Shown in pieces: positions 8,653 to 18,028 of a stretch of 64,000 nucleotides of DNA; within the stretch, counting starts at the first letter, position 1, and each line of letters starts with the position of its first letter. Where the stretch lies: positions 38,171-102,170 of the forward strand of contig JBBQXJ010000003.1 in NCBI GenBank assembly GCA_038209745.1, read 5' to 3'. A program made the position numbers and the translations under genes. Below the pieces are notes generated by a model that saw nothing but the letters and a program-made list of their open reading frames with translations, was not told the origin of the DNA and did no database searches. Source of the stretch: Verrucomicrobiota bacterium (GTDB lineage: Bacteria > Verrucomicrobiota > Verrucomicrobiia > Limisphaerales > CANJSG01).

Positions 8653-10317
8653 ATGAAACGCAGCCTGTTGTTGGCTCTCCTCTTGTCCGGTGTCGCGGTC
8701 CGCGCTGAAGGCCCGGACGATCTCTATCTGGAATCGTTCAGTCTGATCGAGCAGGCGGCGACGATCGGCAAGTCCGGCCAGTCCAAGAACGCGATCGAGC
8801 TCCTCAAACAGGCCGATACCCGTCTCCGCAAGATCCAGGCGTCCTACCCTTCGTGGAACGCCGGAATGGTGAAGTTCCGCCTCGGCGATGTGGCGCAGCG
8901 AATTGCGAATCTGGACGGAACGGCGGCTGATGCCCCGGGCACGGTCGCTTCCAAACCGACCTCCGAGGCGATGGCGGCCGGCCAAGAGGAACAGATCCGG
9001 GTCCTTCGCAGCCAGGTCGAGTCCCTCACGGCCAAGCTCAAGGAGGCACTGGAAATGCAGTCCAGCGGTCTCACCGCGGCGGAACGGTCCCGCCTCGAAG
9101 TCAAGGTGGCGAACCAGCAGCGCGAGCTCGACGTGATGAAGGCGGCTCTGGCGCAGGAGAAGGAGAAAGCCGCCCAAGCCGTCGTTCCCGCAGTCGACGC
9201 GGAAGCGGTCGTCAAAGCCAAGGCCTTGGCCAAGGAGAACGAGGCGCTCACCCAAAAGGTCAAGCAACAGGCCCAGGAGCTGGTCAATTCGTCCCGGGCC
9301 GGTGCCGATGAGCGCGACAAGCTGCAAAAGGCCCTCGCCGCCGCCCAGGCCGTCGTCCCCGCGGTCGACGCGGAAGCGGTCGCCAAGGTCAAGGCCTTGG
9401 CCAACGAGAACGAGGCGCTGACCCAGAAGGTCAAGCAACAGGCCCAGGAACTGGTCAGTTCTTCGCGGGCCGGTGCCGATGAGCGCGACAAGCTGCAAAA
9501 GGCTCTCGCCGCCGCCCAGACCGGACCCGCCGTGGTTCCGCCCCCGGCAACCGCCGTTGCCTCGGCGCCGTCAGCCGAGGAGAAGATCAAAGTCGCCGAA
9601 CTCCAGGCTCGCCTCGCTGCGTTGGAAGCCACGGCCGTTCCCTACACGGCCGAGGAGCGCGCTCTGTTCAAGGCGCCGCCTACCCGAATCGTGCTGTTGG
9701 CGGAGACGAATTCCACCCCCGTCAAGCGCTCCGTCAAACGTGTGCCGCCCGGGGCCGGGGCGCTCGTGGCCGAAGCCGATCGGGCCTTCGACGCCCGCAA
9801 CTATGTCGTGGCGCAGCAGAAATTCTCCGAGGCTCTCAAGCAGGAGGACGACAATGTGTATCTCCTTTCGAAACTCGCCTCGGCCCAGTTCGAGCAGGGG
9901 AAGGTGTCCGATGCGGAGAAGAATCTGGAGCACGCCCTGCGCGTCGATCCCGCCGATCCGGCGAGCCTCACCCTGATGGGTGTCGTCCGGTTCCAGCAGG
10001 AGCGCTACTCCGAGGCCCTGACCTTTCTCAGCCGGTCGGCGCAGCTCGATCCGAACAATGCCGACACCCAGAACTACCTCGGGATCACGCTGAGCCAGGA
10101 AGGCCAGCGGGCCGCCGCCGAAGCCGCCCTGCGCAAGTCCGTCCAGTTGGCCCCCGACAATGCCGGGGCCCACCACAATCTGGCCATCATCTATGCCACG
10201 CAGAAGCCGCCGTTCATCGAATTGGCGTGGTTCCACTACCGCAAGGCCGTCGCGCTCGGCCATCCCAAGAATCCCGGTCTGGAGGAGATCTTGAGCAAGG
10301 CGGCGGCGGACAAGTGA
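8653..10317 (+). CDS. secreted coiled-coil / TPR repeat protein
   Basis: ATG at 8653 gives the signal-like MKRSLLLALLLSGVAVRAEG. The central region is Ala/Glu/Lys/Gln-rich coiled coil. The C-terminal TPR units include YLGITLSQEGQRAAAEAALRKSVQLAPDNAGAHHNLA. Confidence 0.85.
   Translation: MKRSLLLALLLSGVAVRAEGPDDLYLESFSLIEQAATIGKSGQSKNAIELLKQADTRLRKIQASYPSWNAGMVKFRLGDVAQRIANLDGTAADAPGTVASKPTSEAMAAGQEEQIRVLRSQVESLTAKLKEALEMQSSGLTAAERSRLEVKVANQQRELDVMKAALAQEKEKAAQAVVPAVDAEAVVKAKALAKENEALTQKVKQQAQELVNSSRAGADERDKLQKALAAAQAVVPAVDAEAVAKVKALANENEALTQKVKQQAQELVSSSRAGADERDKLQKALAAAQTGPAVVPPPATAVASAPSAEEKIKVAELQARLAALEATAVPYTAEERALFKAPPTRIVLLAETNSTPVKRSVKRVPPGAGALVAEADRAFDARNYVVAQQKFSEALKQEDDNVYLLSKLASAQFEQGKVSDAEKNLEHALRVDPADPASLTLMGVVRFQQERYSEALTFLSRSAQLDPNNADTQNYLGITLSQEGQRAAAEAALRKSVQLAPDNAGAHHNLAIIYATQKPPFIELAWFHYRKAVALGHPKNPGLEEILSKAAADK
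9172..9513 (+). repeat. in-frame tandem duplication, 2 x 171 nt (57 aa)
   Basis: Units 9172-9342 and 9343-9513 differ at about 14 of 171 positions by manual alignment. They encode AQAVVPAVDAEAV...DKLQKALAA twice. Confidence 0.9.
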
Positions 10318-10733
10318 GGCAGGAGCTGCACGAAATCCGGTTGCGGACGCGGGGGCGCGGGTTCACCGACTTCACGGCCCAGATCCGGGAGCTTCTGGCG
10401 CGATCCGGGTTGAAGACCGGTTTGGCGACGCTGCATCTCCAGCACACCTCCGCGTCTCTTCTCATCCAGGAGAACGCCGACCCCGATGTCCGTGCCGATT
10501 TCGAGCGTTTCTTCGCCCGGTTGGTGCCCGATGGCGACCGCCTCTTTTCCCACACCCTGGAAGGTCCGGACGACATGGCCGCGCATATCCGGACGGCGTT
10601 GACGACGGTCAATTTGTCGATCCCGTTCGACGACGGGCGACTGGTCCTCGGAACATGGCAGGGGATCTATCTCTGGGAACACCGGCTTGATCCTCATGCC
10701 CGGCAGATCGCGCTGCATTTTTTGGGCGAGTAG
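10314..10733 (+). CDS. yjbQ: YjbQ/UPF0047 family protein (secondary thiamine-phosphate synthase-like)
   Basis: GTG at 10314 overlaps the upstream TGA. HTSASLLIQENADPDV, EGPDDMAAHI and LGTWQGIYLWEHR are family hallmarks. Confidence 0.85.
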   Translation: MRQELHEIRLRTRGRGFTDFTAQIRELLARSGLKTGLATLHLQHTSASLLIQENADPDVRADFERFFARLVPDGDRLFSHTLEGPDDMAAHIRTALTTVNLSIPFDDGRLVLGTWQGIYLWEHRLDPHARQIALHFLGE

Positions 10734-10747
10734 TTTGGCGGCGGCCG

Positions 10748-11440
10748 TCAAGGCCTGTGCGTGGCTCGCTTGCGCGCGCGCCGCGTCTCGGCAGCAATAA
10801 TCCCAGCCAGCAGAACGCCGGCGAAGGCAAACGTGGCTGGCTCGGGAACCGGTGCTGCTTCCCCCTTGTAGTGGAAGCTGCCCGATTCGCCGGCGAAGAA
10901 GACGCCCGAAATCAGGTCTTGGTTCATGTGGCGCAAGGTGCCCAAGAAGTCTTCGACCGTGAGGGTGCCGCTTCCGGCGAGGGTGATGTCGAACCCCAGG
11001 GCTTCGCCGCGGGTCAATCGATGGGCTCCGGCATCTTTGTTGGAAGTGGCGAAATCCAAGCTGAAGGAGAATGGGGGGTTGCCTCCGCCCAGATTGCTGG
11101 AGGGGGTTTTGAGCGTGGGAGTATCGAAGGCTCCGGTCTTGGTCGGAGAGCCGACGATCAGGTGGTTGGCGGCGCCGTCGAAGTTGAAGGCCCAAGTCCG
11201 GACATAGTCTCCGGACTTCAAATTGAGCGCTTCGAGCTGGAAATGGACGCTTTTGCTGGTGGGCCCGTGGTCCGACAGGGTGGCTCGCAGGAAGGGACCG
11301 GTCCCGGGATAGACATCCCCGCCGCTCTCGAACGTGCGGCTGTAGTCCAGAGTGACGACGGTCGCTTGGGAGAGCATCGAACCGGCCGCCAAGAAGGGAA
11401 TTGCCCAGAACAAAGGATTCATTGGCGGGGAGATGGACAT
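10748..11440 (-). CDS. PEP-CTERM sorting-domain secreted protein
   Basis: 230 aa with an N-terminal signal. The C-terminus is VPEPATFAFAGVLLAGIIAAETRRARKR, that is PEP motif, TM segment and basic tail. Confidence 0.85.
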   Translation of the reverse strand: MSISPPMNPLFWAIPFLAAGSMLSQATVVTLDYSRTFESGGDVYPGTGPFLRATLSDHGPTSKSVHFQLEALNLKSGDYVRTWAFNFDGAANHLIVGSPTKTGAFDTPTLKTPSSNLGGGNPPFSFSLDFATSNKDAGAHRLTRGEALGFDITLAGSGTLTVEDFLGTLRHMNQDLISGVFFAGESGSFHYKGEAAPVPEPATFAFAGVLLAGIIAAETRRARKRATHRP

Positions 11441-11811
11441 CGGCCGTCTGCTGCGGATTTGCGTCGCCGCCCCGTGGCTGGTCGCCCGAGCGGATTTGGA
11501 TGGGGTTTGGAGCGGTGCATTTGTTGTTCTGGATTCAAGGGACGACAGGCTTGGCCGGCTCCTTGAGCAGTTTTCGATTCTTTCTCATCCTTGAATCCCA
11601 CTCCTTCGCTCTGGCTCGCTTGAGCGGTCTCGAATCGAGGCCAAAGTGTCTTGAAGTTAGAGATTCTGGCGTGCCGGCGGATCTACACGCCATTCGGGCA
11701 GCTGTTTGGGAGGGTCGTGTCGCAGACTCGCTAGGGAATGGAGACTGCTTGCGCCTAAGGAGGCAAACAGCGGCCGCCGATAGTTTCGAGCGGCTTTGAT
11801 GCCTTCTGACC

Positions 11812-12270
11812 GTGCTGACGAAATGCCATCCAATACGAACGAGCGCCCAGACCCGTGCCGGCTTCTCGCTGGTCGAGGTGGCGATGTCGCTCATGATCGT
11901 CGGGATCGTCATGATCGGAATGGTGGATGGCTACCGGACGTCTTCTCGGCGCGCGGAGTGGTCGGCCTATTCGCTCGCGGCCCAGGCGATGGCGCTCCAA
12001 CAGATCGAGCAGGTCCGTGCGGCCAAGTGGGACACGATGGCCGATCCTGTGGTGGACGAGACGGTGAACGTCCCGACCGTGAGTTCGGCGATCCTCGACA
12101 TGCCGATCTCCGGAACGAACGCGGTCATGGTGACCAACTATGTGGCCATCAGCAGCATCTCGGTCGGCAGCGGCATCACCTTCAAACAGATCCGGGTCGA
12201 CACGGTTTGGCCATGGTTCGGCAAGTACTTCACCAACACGCTGGCCACGTTCCGGGCTCCCGACCGATGA
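11812..12270 (+). CDS. prepilin-type (type IV pilin / T2SS pseudopilin-like) protein
   Basis: 152 aa from a GTG start. The leader ends in the class III signal G/FSLVEVAMSLMIVGIV. Confidence 0.8.
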   Translation: MLTKCHPIRTSAQTRAGFSLVEVAMSLMIVGIVMIGMVDGYRTSSRRAEWSAYSLAAQAMALQQIEQVRAAKWDTMADPVVDETVNVPTVSSAILDMPISGTNAVMVTNYVAISSISVGSGITFKQIRVDTVWPWFGKYFTNTLATFRAPDR

Positions 12271-12893
12271 GGATCTTGGTCTCCAATTCTTGGCCGACTG
12301 CGGGGCGGAGGCGTCCTGGCAAACGGGCGACCACCTTGATCGAGGTGATGATGACGATGGGGATCTTCAGTCTCGTGACCGTGGGCTTCGTCCAGTTCCA
12401 TTTGCTGGGCCTGACCCAGGATCAACTGGTGCAGAGCAAGCTCGGGGCGAGCGACCAGTCGCGGGCGGCGCTGTCCCGGATGACCAGCGAGATCCGATCG
12501 GCGAAGATTCTTCGGGTGGGCAACGGCGACGCGGCCGGTTTCATCCCGGTGGGCTACGGGACGAACCAGCAGGGCACGGCGCTCCAGATCTGTTTCAGCA
12601 CCGATACCAATTCCTACGTCCGCTACTTTTTCGACACCAATGCGGGAGAGTTGCGGCGCCTGCGGACAGGAACCGCCGGGACGACCCTCGTGGCGCAGTA
12701 TCTGACGAACAGCATGTTTTTCAGGGCGGAGGACTATCTCGGCAACGTGGAGATCGACGGGGCCCACAGCTACACCATCCGGGTCCTGCTCCAGTTCTAT
12801 CAATACAAGTATCCCCTCACCACGGTGGGTCCGGGGAACTACTACGACTACTACAAGCTGGAGTTCAAGGCGACGCGTCGCGCGCACGATTGA
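12267..12893 (+). CDS. pseudopilin-like protein (PulJ/PilW-like)
   Basis: ATGA overlap with the upstream gene. The N-terminus KRATTLIEVMMTMGIFSLVTVG is a methylation-domain-like helix with no canonical Gly at -1. Confidence 0.7.
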   Translation: MRILVSNSWPTAGRRRPGKRATTLIEVMMTMGIFSLVTVGFVQFHLLGLTQDQLVQSKLGASDQSRAALSRMTSEIRSAKILRVGNGDAAGFIPVGYGTNQQGTALQICFSTDTNSYVRYFFDTNAGELRRLRTGTAGTTLVAQYLTNSMFFRAEDYLGNVEIDGAHSYTIRVLLQFYQYKYPLTTVGPGNYYDYYKLEFKATRRAHD

Positions 12894-12897
12894 GAGC

Positions 12898-14658
12898 ATG
12901 AAAACGACTTTGAACGTAAAGGGAATAGCGGGCCGCCGGGGAGAGCGGGGCTACGTCATGGTGGTGGTGGTCTTCATGGCGGCCCTCAGCCTGATGGTCA
13001 TGGCCGCCACGCTCAGCCGGACCGGCGCCACTTCGCGGCTCAACTCCCGCAACAATTCCTACCTCGAATGCCTTTCCGCCTCGGAGGCGGGCACGGAGCG
13101 GATCGTGGCCCGGATGATCAGCGACTACCGGAACGGCGGCGATGCCCTCGTGACCGCCAATCTGGGACAATACCGGACCAATGTGCCCTCGGCCTCGGAC
13201 AGTCCCTATTGGTCAAGCTTCGTCTTCTCGGACGCGATGGGAAACCTCGGCCGCACCTACGTGCAGGTCACCTCCAACTACAGCTACGTCCAGCTGGAAT
13301 CCCAGTATGCCGGGCTCGGAGGATTCGCCACGGGCTACCGGGTGATCTCGAACGCCCGGCCCGCCTCGGGACAGACCAGCGTGGTCAACGCGGTCCAGCA
13401 GGACCTGCAACTGGCGACGATCCCGGTCTTCCAGTTCGCGATCTTTTACAGCGGCCTCCTTGAATTCACTTGGGCCGCGCCGTTCACCGTTCGCGGCCGG
13501 ACCCATTCCAACGGAAGCATCTATACCGGATCTTCGCAGAATCTTACCTTCGAGGACTACGTGACCTCTTCCGGAACCATCCAGAAGAAGGCTTGGGCCG
13601 GCTACAGTCTCGGCGCGATGTCCGGGGGCATCGGCTATGGCGGGGGCAGCAGCACCAACGTGCCTTCCCTCACCCTGCCGATCGGGACGAACAACACGTC
13701 CTCCGCCGTCCGGGAGATCCTCAACATCCCGCCTTCCGGCGAGAGCCCGACCTCGGCCATGGGGAAGGAGCGATACTACAACAAGGCCAATATGATCCTG
13801 TTGGTGAGCAATTCGACCGTGCAGTTGATGCTCCAGAGCAACTATACCGCGACCATCACGCTGCAGTGGACCAACAGCCTGTCGGCCTTCGTGAACACCA
13901 ACGTCAGTTTCTACGACGCACGCGAAGGACAGACCGTTCTCGCGACCGAGATCGACGCAGGGAAGTTGACCAAATGGCTGGCTACGAATGCGGCGGTCAG
14001 TTCGGTTGCTACCGCTCCGATCATCCTTTATGTGGCGGACAATCGGTCCGCGGCCTCCAAGCTGGAGTCCATTCGCCTGGTCAACGGGACGACTCTGCCG
14101 ACCTCCGGTTTCACGCTCGCGACCCCCAATCCTCTCTATGTTTTGGGCCACTACAACGTGACCAACAGCAGCCATTTGGGCACCACCAACACGTCGTCGA
14201 GCGTCCCGGCCTCGTTGGCCTCGGATGCGCTGACCATCCTGTCGAGCAACTGGGCCGATTCGAAGAGCGCCTATTCGCTCGGCAGCCGCAACAAGGCCGT
14301 CGACACCACCGTGAACGCCGCGGTTCTCACCGGCATCGTGCCCAGCGGGGGAGCCGATGGCTCTTCGCCGTTCAGCGGCGGGGTCATGAATGTTCCCCGC
14401 CTTCTGGAGGACTGGGGCAACGGCTCGAAGCATCTCACCTTGAACACCTCGCTCGTGAACCTCTTCAACAGCGCCCGGGCGCTAGGGGCCTGGGACACTC
14501 CGGGTGTCTTCTACTACGCGCCTTCGCGCGACTTCAGCTTCGACCTGAACTTCAAGAATCCGAGCCGCCTGCCTCCGGGCACGCCGCAGCTTGGCACGTT
14601 CATCCGGGGTCGCTGGTATAACGCCCCCGCCGGAGTCACCAACTATGCCGGCCTTTGA
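12898..14658 (+). CDS. large PilX/GspK-like pilus-associated protein
   Basis: 586 aa, starting 4 nt after the upstream stop. N-terminal ERGYVMVVVVFMAALSLMVMAATL (PilX_N-like), then AEAGTERIVA and IPVFQFAIFY...HSNGSIY, as in minor-pilin tip proteins. Rich in Asn, Ser and Thr. Confidence 0.7.
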   Translation: MKTTLNVKGIAGRRGERGYVMVVVVFMAALSLMVMAATLSRTGATSRLNSRNNSYLECLSASEAGTERIVARMISDYRNGGDALVTANLGQYRTNVPSASDSPYWSSFVFSDAMGNLGRTYVQVTSNYSYVQLESQYAGLGGFATGYRVISNARPASGQTSVVNAVQQDLQLATIPVFQFAIFYSGLLEFTWAAPFTVRGRTHSNGSIYTGSSQNLTFEDYVTSSGTIQKKAWAGYSLGAMSGGIGYGGGSSTNVPSLTLPIGTNNTSSAVREILNIPPSGESPTSAMGKERYYNKANMILLVSNSTVQLMLQSNYTATITLQWTNSLSAFVNTNVSFYDAREGQTVLATEIDAGKLTKWLATNAAVSSVATAPIILYVADNRSAASKLESIRLVNGTTLPTSGFTLATPNPLYVLGHYNVTNSSHLGTTNTSSSVPASLASDALTILSSNWADSKSAYSLGSRNKAVDTTVNAAVLTGIVPSGGADGSSPFSGGVMNVPRLLEDWGNGSKHLTLNTSLVNLFNSARALGAWDTPGVFYYAPSRDFSFDLNFKNPSRLPPGTPQLGTFIRGRWYNAPAGVTNYAGL

Positions 14659-15289
14659 GATGATTCTGTCTCTCGGTCGAAGGATCTTTGCCGGGATCGG
14701 GGTTTCTTTGGTTCTTCTCGCCGCCGCCGGACCCGCCTTTGGGCAGAAGGTGGTGGATCCGACGTTTCGGCTCTCCAGCCGGGTGGAAGCGCTGGAAGGG
14801 ATGGGGGTTCGGCAGCGGGCGTTTGTCGCCTGCGGAACGAACGAGTTCTGCGTTCTTTTGCCGCGAGGCTACAATGGGACTCTGGAAGGCGCTCAATCGC
14901 TGGTCTTGTCCGGGCCGGACAATCTCACGTTCGTGTCGATTGCGCGGGTGGCCGTCGACTCGGTGGCGGGCAAGGAACTGGACACCGGCAAGTGCCTTGC
15001 CGCCTTGATGGCCGACTATCCCGGGGCGACGATCCTTGAGGAGATGACGCTCGGGGCGGGCAATCGTGTTGGCCCGGCGTTCGACCTCGTCTGGGTCGCG
15101 CCCACCAAGATGGTCAGTCGGATCCGCGTGGCCTACGTTCCCGGACCGGTTGGCGTCCTGCGGTTCACTCTCTCCACGACCGCCGAACGTTTTGCCTCGG
15201 TCCGGTTCGATCTCAACAGCGTGATGTCGACCCTGGTTGCTGGTCCGAAAGGCGGGCTAGAGGTGCCGCGACTGTCGAATCTTTTCTGA
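14645..15289 (+). CDS. hypothetical secreted protein (pilin-module gene 4)
   Basis: ATG at 14645 overlaps the upstream gene by 14 nt (alternative ATG at 14660). Signal-like IFAGIGVSLVLLAAAGPAFGQ. No family recognised. Confidence 0.6.
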   Translation: MPAFEMILSLGRRIFAGIGVSLVLLAAAGPAFGQKVVDPTFRLSSRVEALEGMGVRQRAFVACGTNEFCVLLPRGYNGTLEGAQSLVLSGPDNLTFVSIARVAVDSVAGKELDTGKCLAALMADYPGATILEEMTLGAGNRVGPAFDLVWVAPTKMVSRIRVAYVPGPVGVLRFTLSTTAERFASVRFDLNSVMSTLVAGPKGGLEVPRLSNLF

Positions 15290-15370
15290 TCGAAGGTCCG
15301 TTGAGAGAATAGCGCCCGAGAGCCTTCTGTCCTCTTGGAATCCTCCCGTCACGCGGCTAGGTTCAAGGCC

Positions 15371-16768
15371 ATGCCTGAGAAGTCTGTCAGCCAGGTGCCG
15401 CGCGCCCTTCGGGAACAATACGAAAAAGGGTTGGCCGCGTTTCAGCGGAACAACTTCGACTACGCCCTCCAGTTGTTGAACGCCGTTCTGGACCAGGAGC
15501 CTGGTTTTCTCGACGCCCGCCAGACTCTCCGGGCCACCCAGTTCAAGAAACCCAAGGAAAAAGCCGGTTTCTTCAAGAAGCTCGTCGGGTCCGCCACCTC
15601 TTCGCCGGCTTTGGCCAAGGGCCAGATCCAGCTCCGCTCCAACCCCAAGGAAGCGCTCTCCACCGCCGAAAGCGTCCTCAACGTCGACGCGGGGAACGCC
15701 GCCGCCCACAAGATCGTCGCCGACGCCGCTCTCCAGCTCGATCTTCCCAAGACCGCCACGCTTTCATTGGAGATCGTGGTGAAAGCCGATCCCGCCGACC
15801 GGAAATCCGTTCGAGCCCTCGCTGATCTCTACTTCAAGCAGGACCAGCTCCAGAAGGCGCAGGATCTTTATGCCCGGTTGATCGAAGCCAGCCCGCTCGA
15901 TCCCGAGCTCCAGCAGACGCTCAAGAACCTGCACGCCCGCCGGATGCTTTTGGAGAAGGGCTACGGCGCCATCGAGTCCGGCCGGTCCTCCTACCGCGAC
16001 CTGCTTCGCGACGAAGCCGGGTCGATCGCGCTGGAGCAGGCCAATCGCCAAGTGAAGGATACGGGCGTGGTCGACCGCCTGATTCTGGAATACGAGGCGA
16101 AGCTCGAAGCGGAGCCCGACAACCGCAATCTCATCCGGAACATCGCCGACCTCCTCGTGCAGAAGAAGGAGTTCGACCGCGCTTTGGAGTTTTACGAGCG
16201 GATCCTGGCGGTGGAAGGCACGCGGGACCCGACCTTGGAGAAGTCCCTGACCGACTTGAAACGCCGCCGACTGGACCACTTGGCCTCCCAGCTCGATCCA
16301 GCCGCCGCCGACCACGAGGAGGCCAGGACCCGCCTGCACCAGGAGCGCGACGACCTGGTCCTCGCCGAGTGCCAGGCGCGGGTCCAACGGTTTCCCTCGG
16401 ATCTACAGATCCGGTTCGAACTGGGCGAACTCCTCTTCAAAGCCGGCCGGCACGCCGAGGCCATCCAGGAGTTCCAGCGGTCGCAGAACAATCCCCAGAA
16501 GCGCATCCCCTCGATGAACTTCCTGGGCCAGTGCTTCGCCGTCCGGAGGATGAACGACCTCGCGGTCCGCACCTTCCAGAATGCGCTGAAAGAAAAGCCG
16601 GTCCTCGACGACGAGAAGAAAGAGCTCCTCTACCACCTCGGCTGTGCGATGGAGAAGATGGGCCAGGCCGAAGGGGCGATGGACCAGTTCAAGCAGATCT
16701 ACGAAGTGGACATCGGCTATCGCGACGTCGCGGCCAAGGTGGATGCCTTCTACGCGGCCCAAGGGTGA
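15371..16768 (+). CDS. tetratricopeptide repeat protein
   Basis: 465 aa from the ATG at 15371. TPR-like helices recur throughout (YALQLLNAVLDQEPGF, RALEFYERILAVEG, HAEAIQEFQRSQ). Confidence 0.8.
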   Translation: MPEKSVSQVPRALREQYEKGLAAFQRNNFDYALQLLNAVLDQEPGFLDARQTLRATQFKKPKEKAGFFKKLVGSATSSPALAKGQIQLRSNPKEALSTAESVLNVDAGNAAAHKIVADAALQLDLPKTATLSLEIVVKADPADRKSVRALADLYFKQDQLQKAQDLYARLIEASPLDPELQQTLKNLHARRMLLEKGYGAIESGRSSYRDLLRDEAGSIALEQANRQVKDTGVVDRLILEYEAKLEAEPDNRNLIRNIADLLVQKKEFDRALEFYERILAVEGTRDPTLEKSLTDLKRRRLDHLASQLDPAAADHEEARTRLHQERDDLVLAECQARVQRFPSDLQIRFELGELLFKAGRHAEAIQEFQRSQNNPQKRIPSMNFLGQCFAVRRMNDLAVRTFQNALKEKPVLDDEKKELLYHLGCAMEKMGQAEGAMDQFKQIYEVDIGYRDVAAKVDAFYAAQG

Positions 16769-16791
16769 CGTCCGCAAAACGTTCTCCGCGC

Positions 16792-17802
16792 CTACCCGTC
16801 ACTCGCGGGAACGCCGTCTCGGAACCAATGCACGGCCTCCCTCAGCGCTTCCCGGGGTGGCGTCTGCGGCAGTCCCAGCTCCCGGATGGCCTTCGCCGGA
16901 TTGAACCACATTTTGTCCGCCGCCATCCGGACTCCGGCCAGCGGTGCTCTTGGAGGATGCCCGGTCAGCTTGGCCAAGCCCTCGCTCGCGAAGGCGGCGC
17001 CAAAGGCGCACCACAGCGGCAGCCGGATCTTCGGGGCGGGGAGCCCGCTCAGTTCCTCCAGATGCTGCATCATCTGGCGCAGCGTCCAGTTCCCGTCCGC
17101 ATTGCCCAGAATGTAGCGTTCGCCGATCCGGCCCCGTTCCGCCGCCAGGACATGGCCTTCGGCCACGTCACGGACTGAAACCCAGTTCAGGCCCGTATCC
17201 ACATAGGCCGGTAGGCGGCGCCGGAGGAAATCGCGGAGGATCAGTCCCGTCGGTGTCGGCTTCAGGTCCCAGGCGCCGACCGGGGCCGTCGGGTTGACGA
17301 TGATGACGGGCGCGCCCTGCGCCGCCATGGTCGCGGCCACCTGTTCCGCCCGCCACTTCGAGAGCTTGTAGGGATTGGTCATCTCCGCCTCCTTGGCGAT
17401 GCAGCCCTCGTCGGCCGGTGAGATCGCCGCATTGGCGAGGCCGATACATCCTGCGGTGCTCGTGTGGATGATTCGGGAACAACCTGCCTCGGTCGCCGCC
17501 GCCAACACCCGGCGGGTGCCCTCGACATTGGTGGCGAACATCGGTCCGTAGTCCGGGAGCCACAGATGGTAGCTGGCGGCCAAATGGAAGCACCAGTCGA
17601 CGCCTTCCAAGGCAGCTCGCAGGCCCGATGGATCCGTGAGGTAGTCCGATTCGATCCGGCGAACTTCGCATCCGGCTAGCGCGCTTCGATCTGTGCCCGG
17701 TCGCAGCAGGGCCGTCACGTGGTGTCCGCGGGTTCGGAGCGCGCGGACCACATGTGCCCCGATGAAACCGGACGCGCCGGTGACCAGACAACGTGCGGCC
17801 AT
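16792..17802 (-). CDS. hpnA: hopanoid-associated sugar epimerase-like NAD-dependent epimerase/dehydratase
   Basis: 336 aa. VTGASGFIGAHVV Rossmann motif, YKLSK catalytic motif, and KPTPTGLILRDFLRRRLPAYVDTGLNWVSVRDVAEGH plus GRIGERYILG as in HpnA. Confidence 0.8.
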   Translation of the reverse strand: MAARCLVTGASGFIGAHVVRALRTRGHHVTALLRPGTDRSALAGCEVRRIESDYLTDPSGLRAALEGVDWCFHLAASYHLWLPDYGPMFATNVEGTRRVLAAATEAGCSRIIHTSTAGCIGLANAAISPADEGCIAKEAEMTNPYKLSKWRAEQVAATMAAQGAPVIIVNPTAPVGAWDLKPTPTGLILRDFLRRRLPAYVDTGLNWVSVRDVAEGHVLAAERGRIGERYILGNADGNWTLRQMMQHLEELSGLPAPKIRLPLWCAFGAAFASEGLAKLTGHPPRAPLAGVRMAADKMWFNPAKAIRELGLPQTPPREALREAVHWFRDGVPASDG

Positions 17803-18028
17803 TGGGCGGGCTGATTAGTCGAGCAGCCCGCAGCCGGAAAGCCATTTCTGTCGCGGTCTCGAAGCGCCCGTCTCTCCTGCGGTCGGAATGTTCGAAGTCT
17901 GTTCCTGTCCGGCCGTTGCGCAGACCGGAGGAAACCCGAGAACGGAGAGGGGTGAGCGTCGCGGCGGTGCGCTTCGAAGAATGGGGTTGGACACGGGCGA
18001 TCTTCAGGCAACTATAAGTTTCATTCTT

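Noticed and set aside
8152-9498. 448-aa minus-strand ORF with internal repeats
   Set aside because: The repeats merely mirror the 171-nt duplication of the plus-strand coiled-coil gene, and the ORF overlaps two supported genes.
9172-9513. Possible CRISPR-like or satellite repeat
   Set aside because: There are only two long (171-nt) adjacent units, in frame inside a CDS, with no spacers. This is a coding tandem duplication.
11739-11753. Sigma-54 promoter upstream of the pilin-like module (TGGAGA-N-TTGC)
   Set aside because: The GG to GC spacing is one nucleotide short of the strict -24/-12 geometry, and the -24 box is poor.
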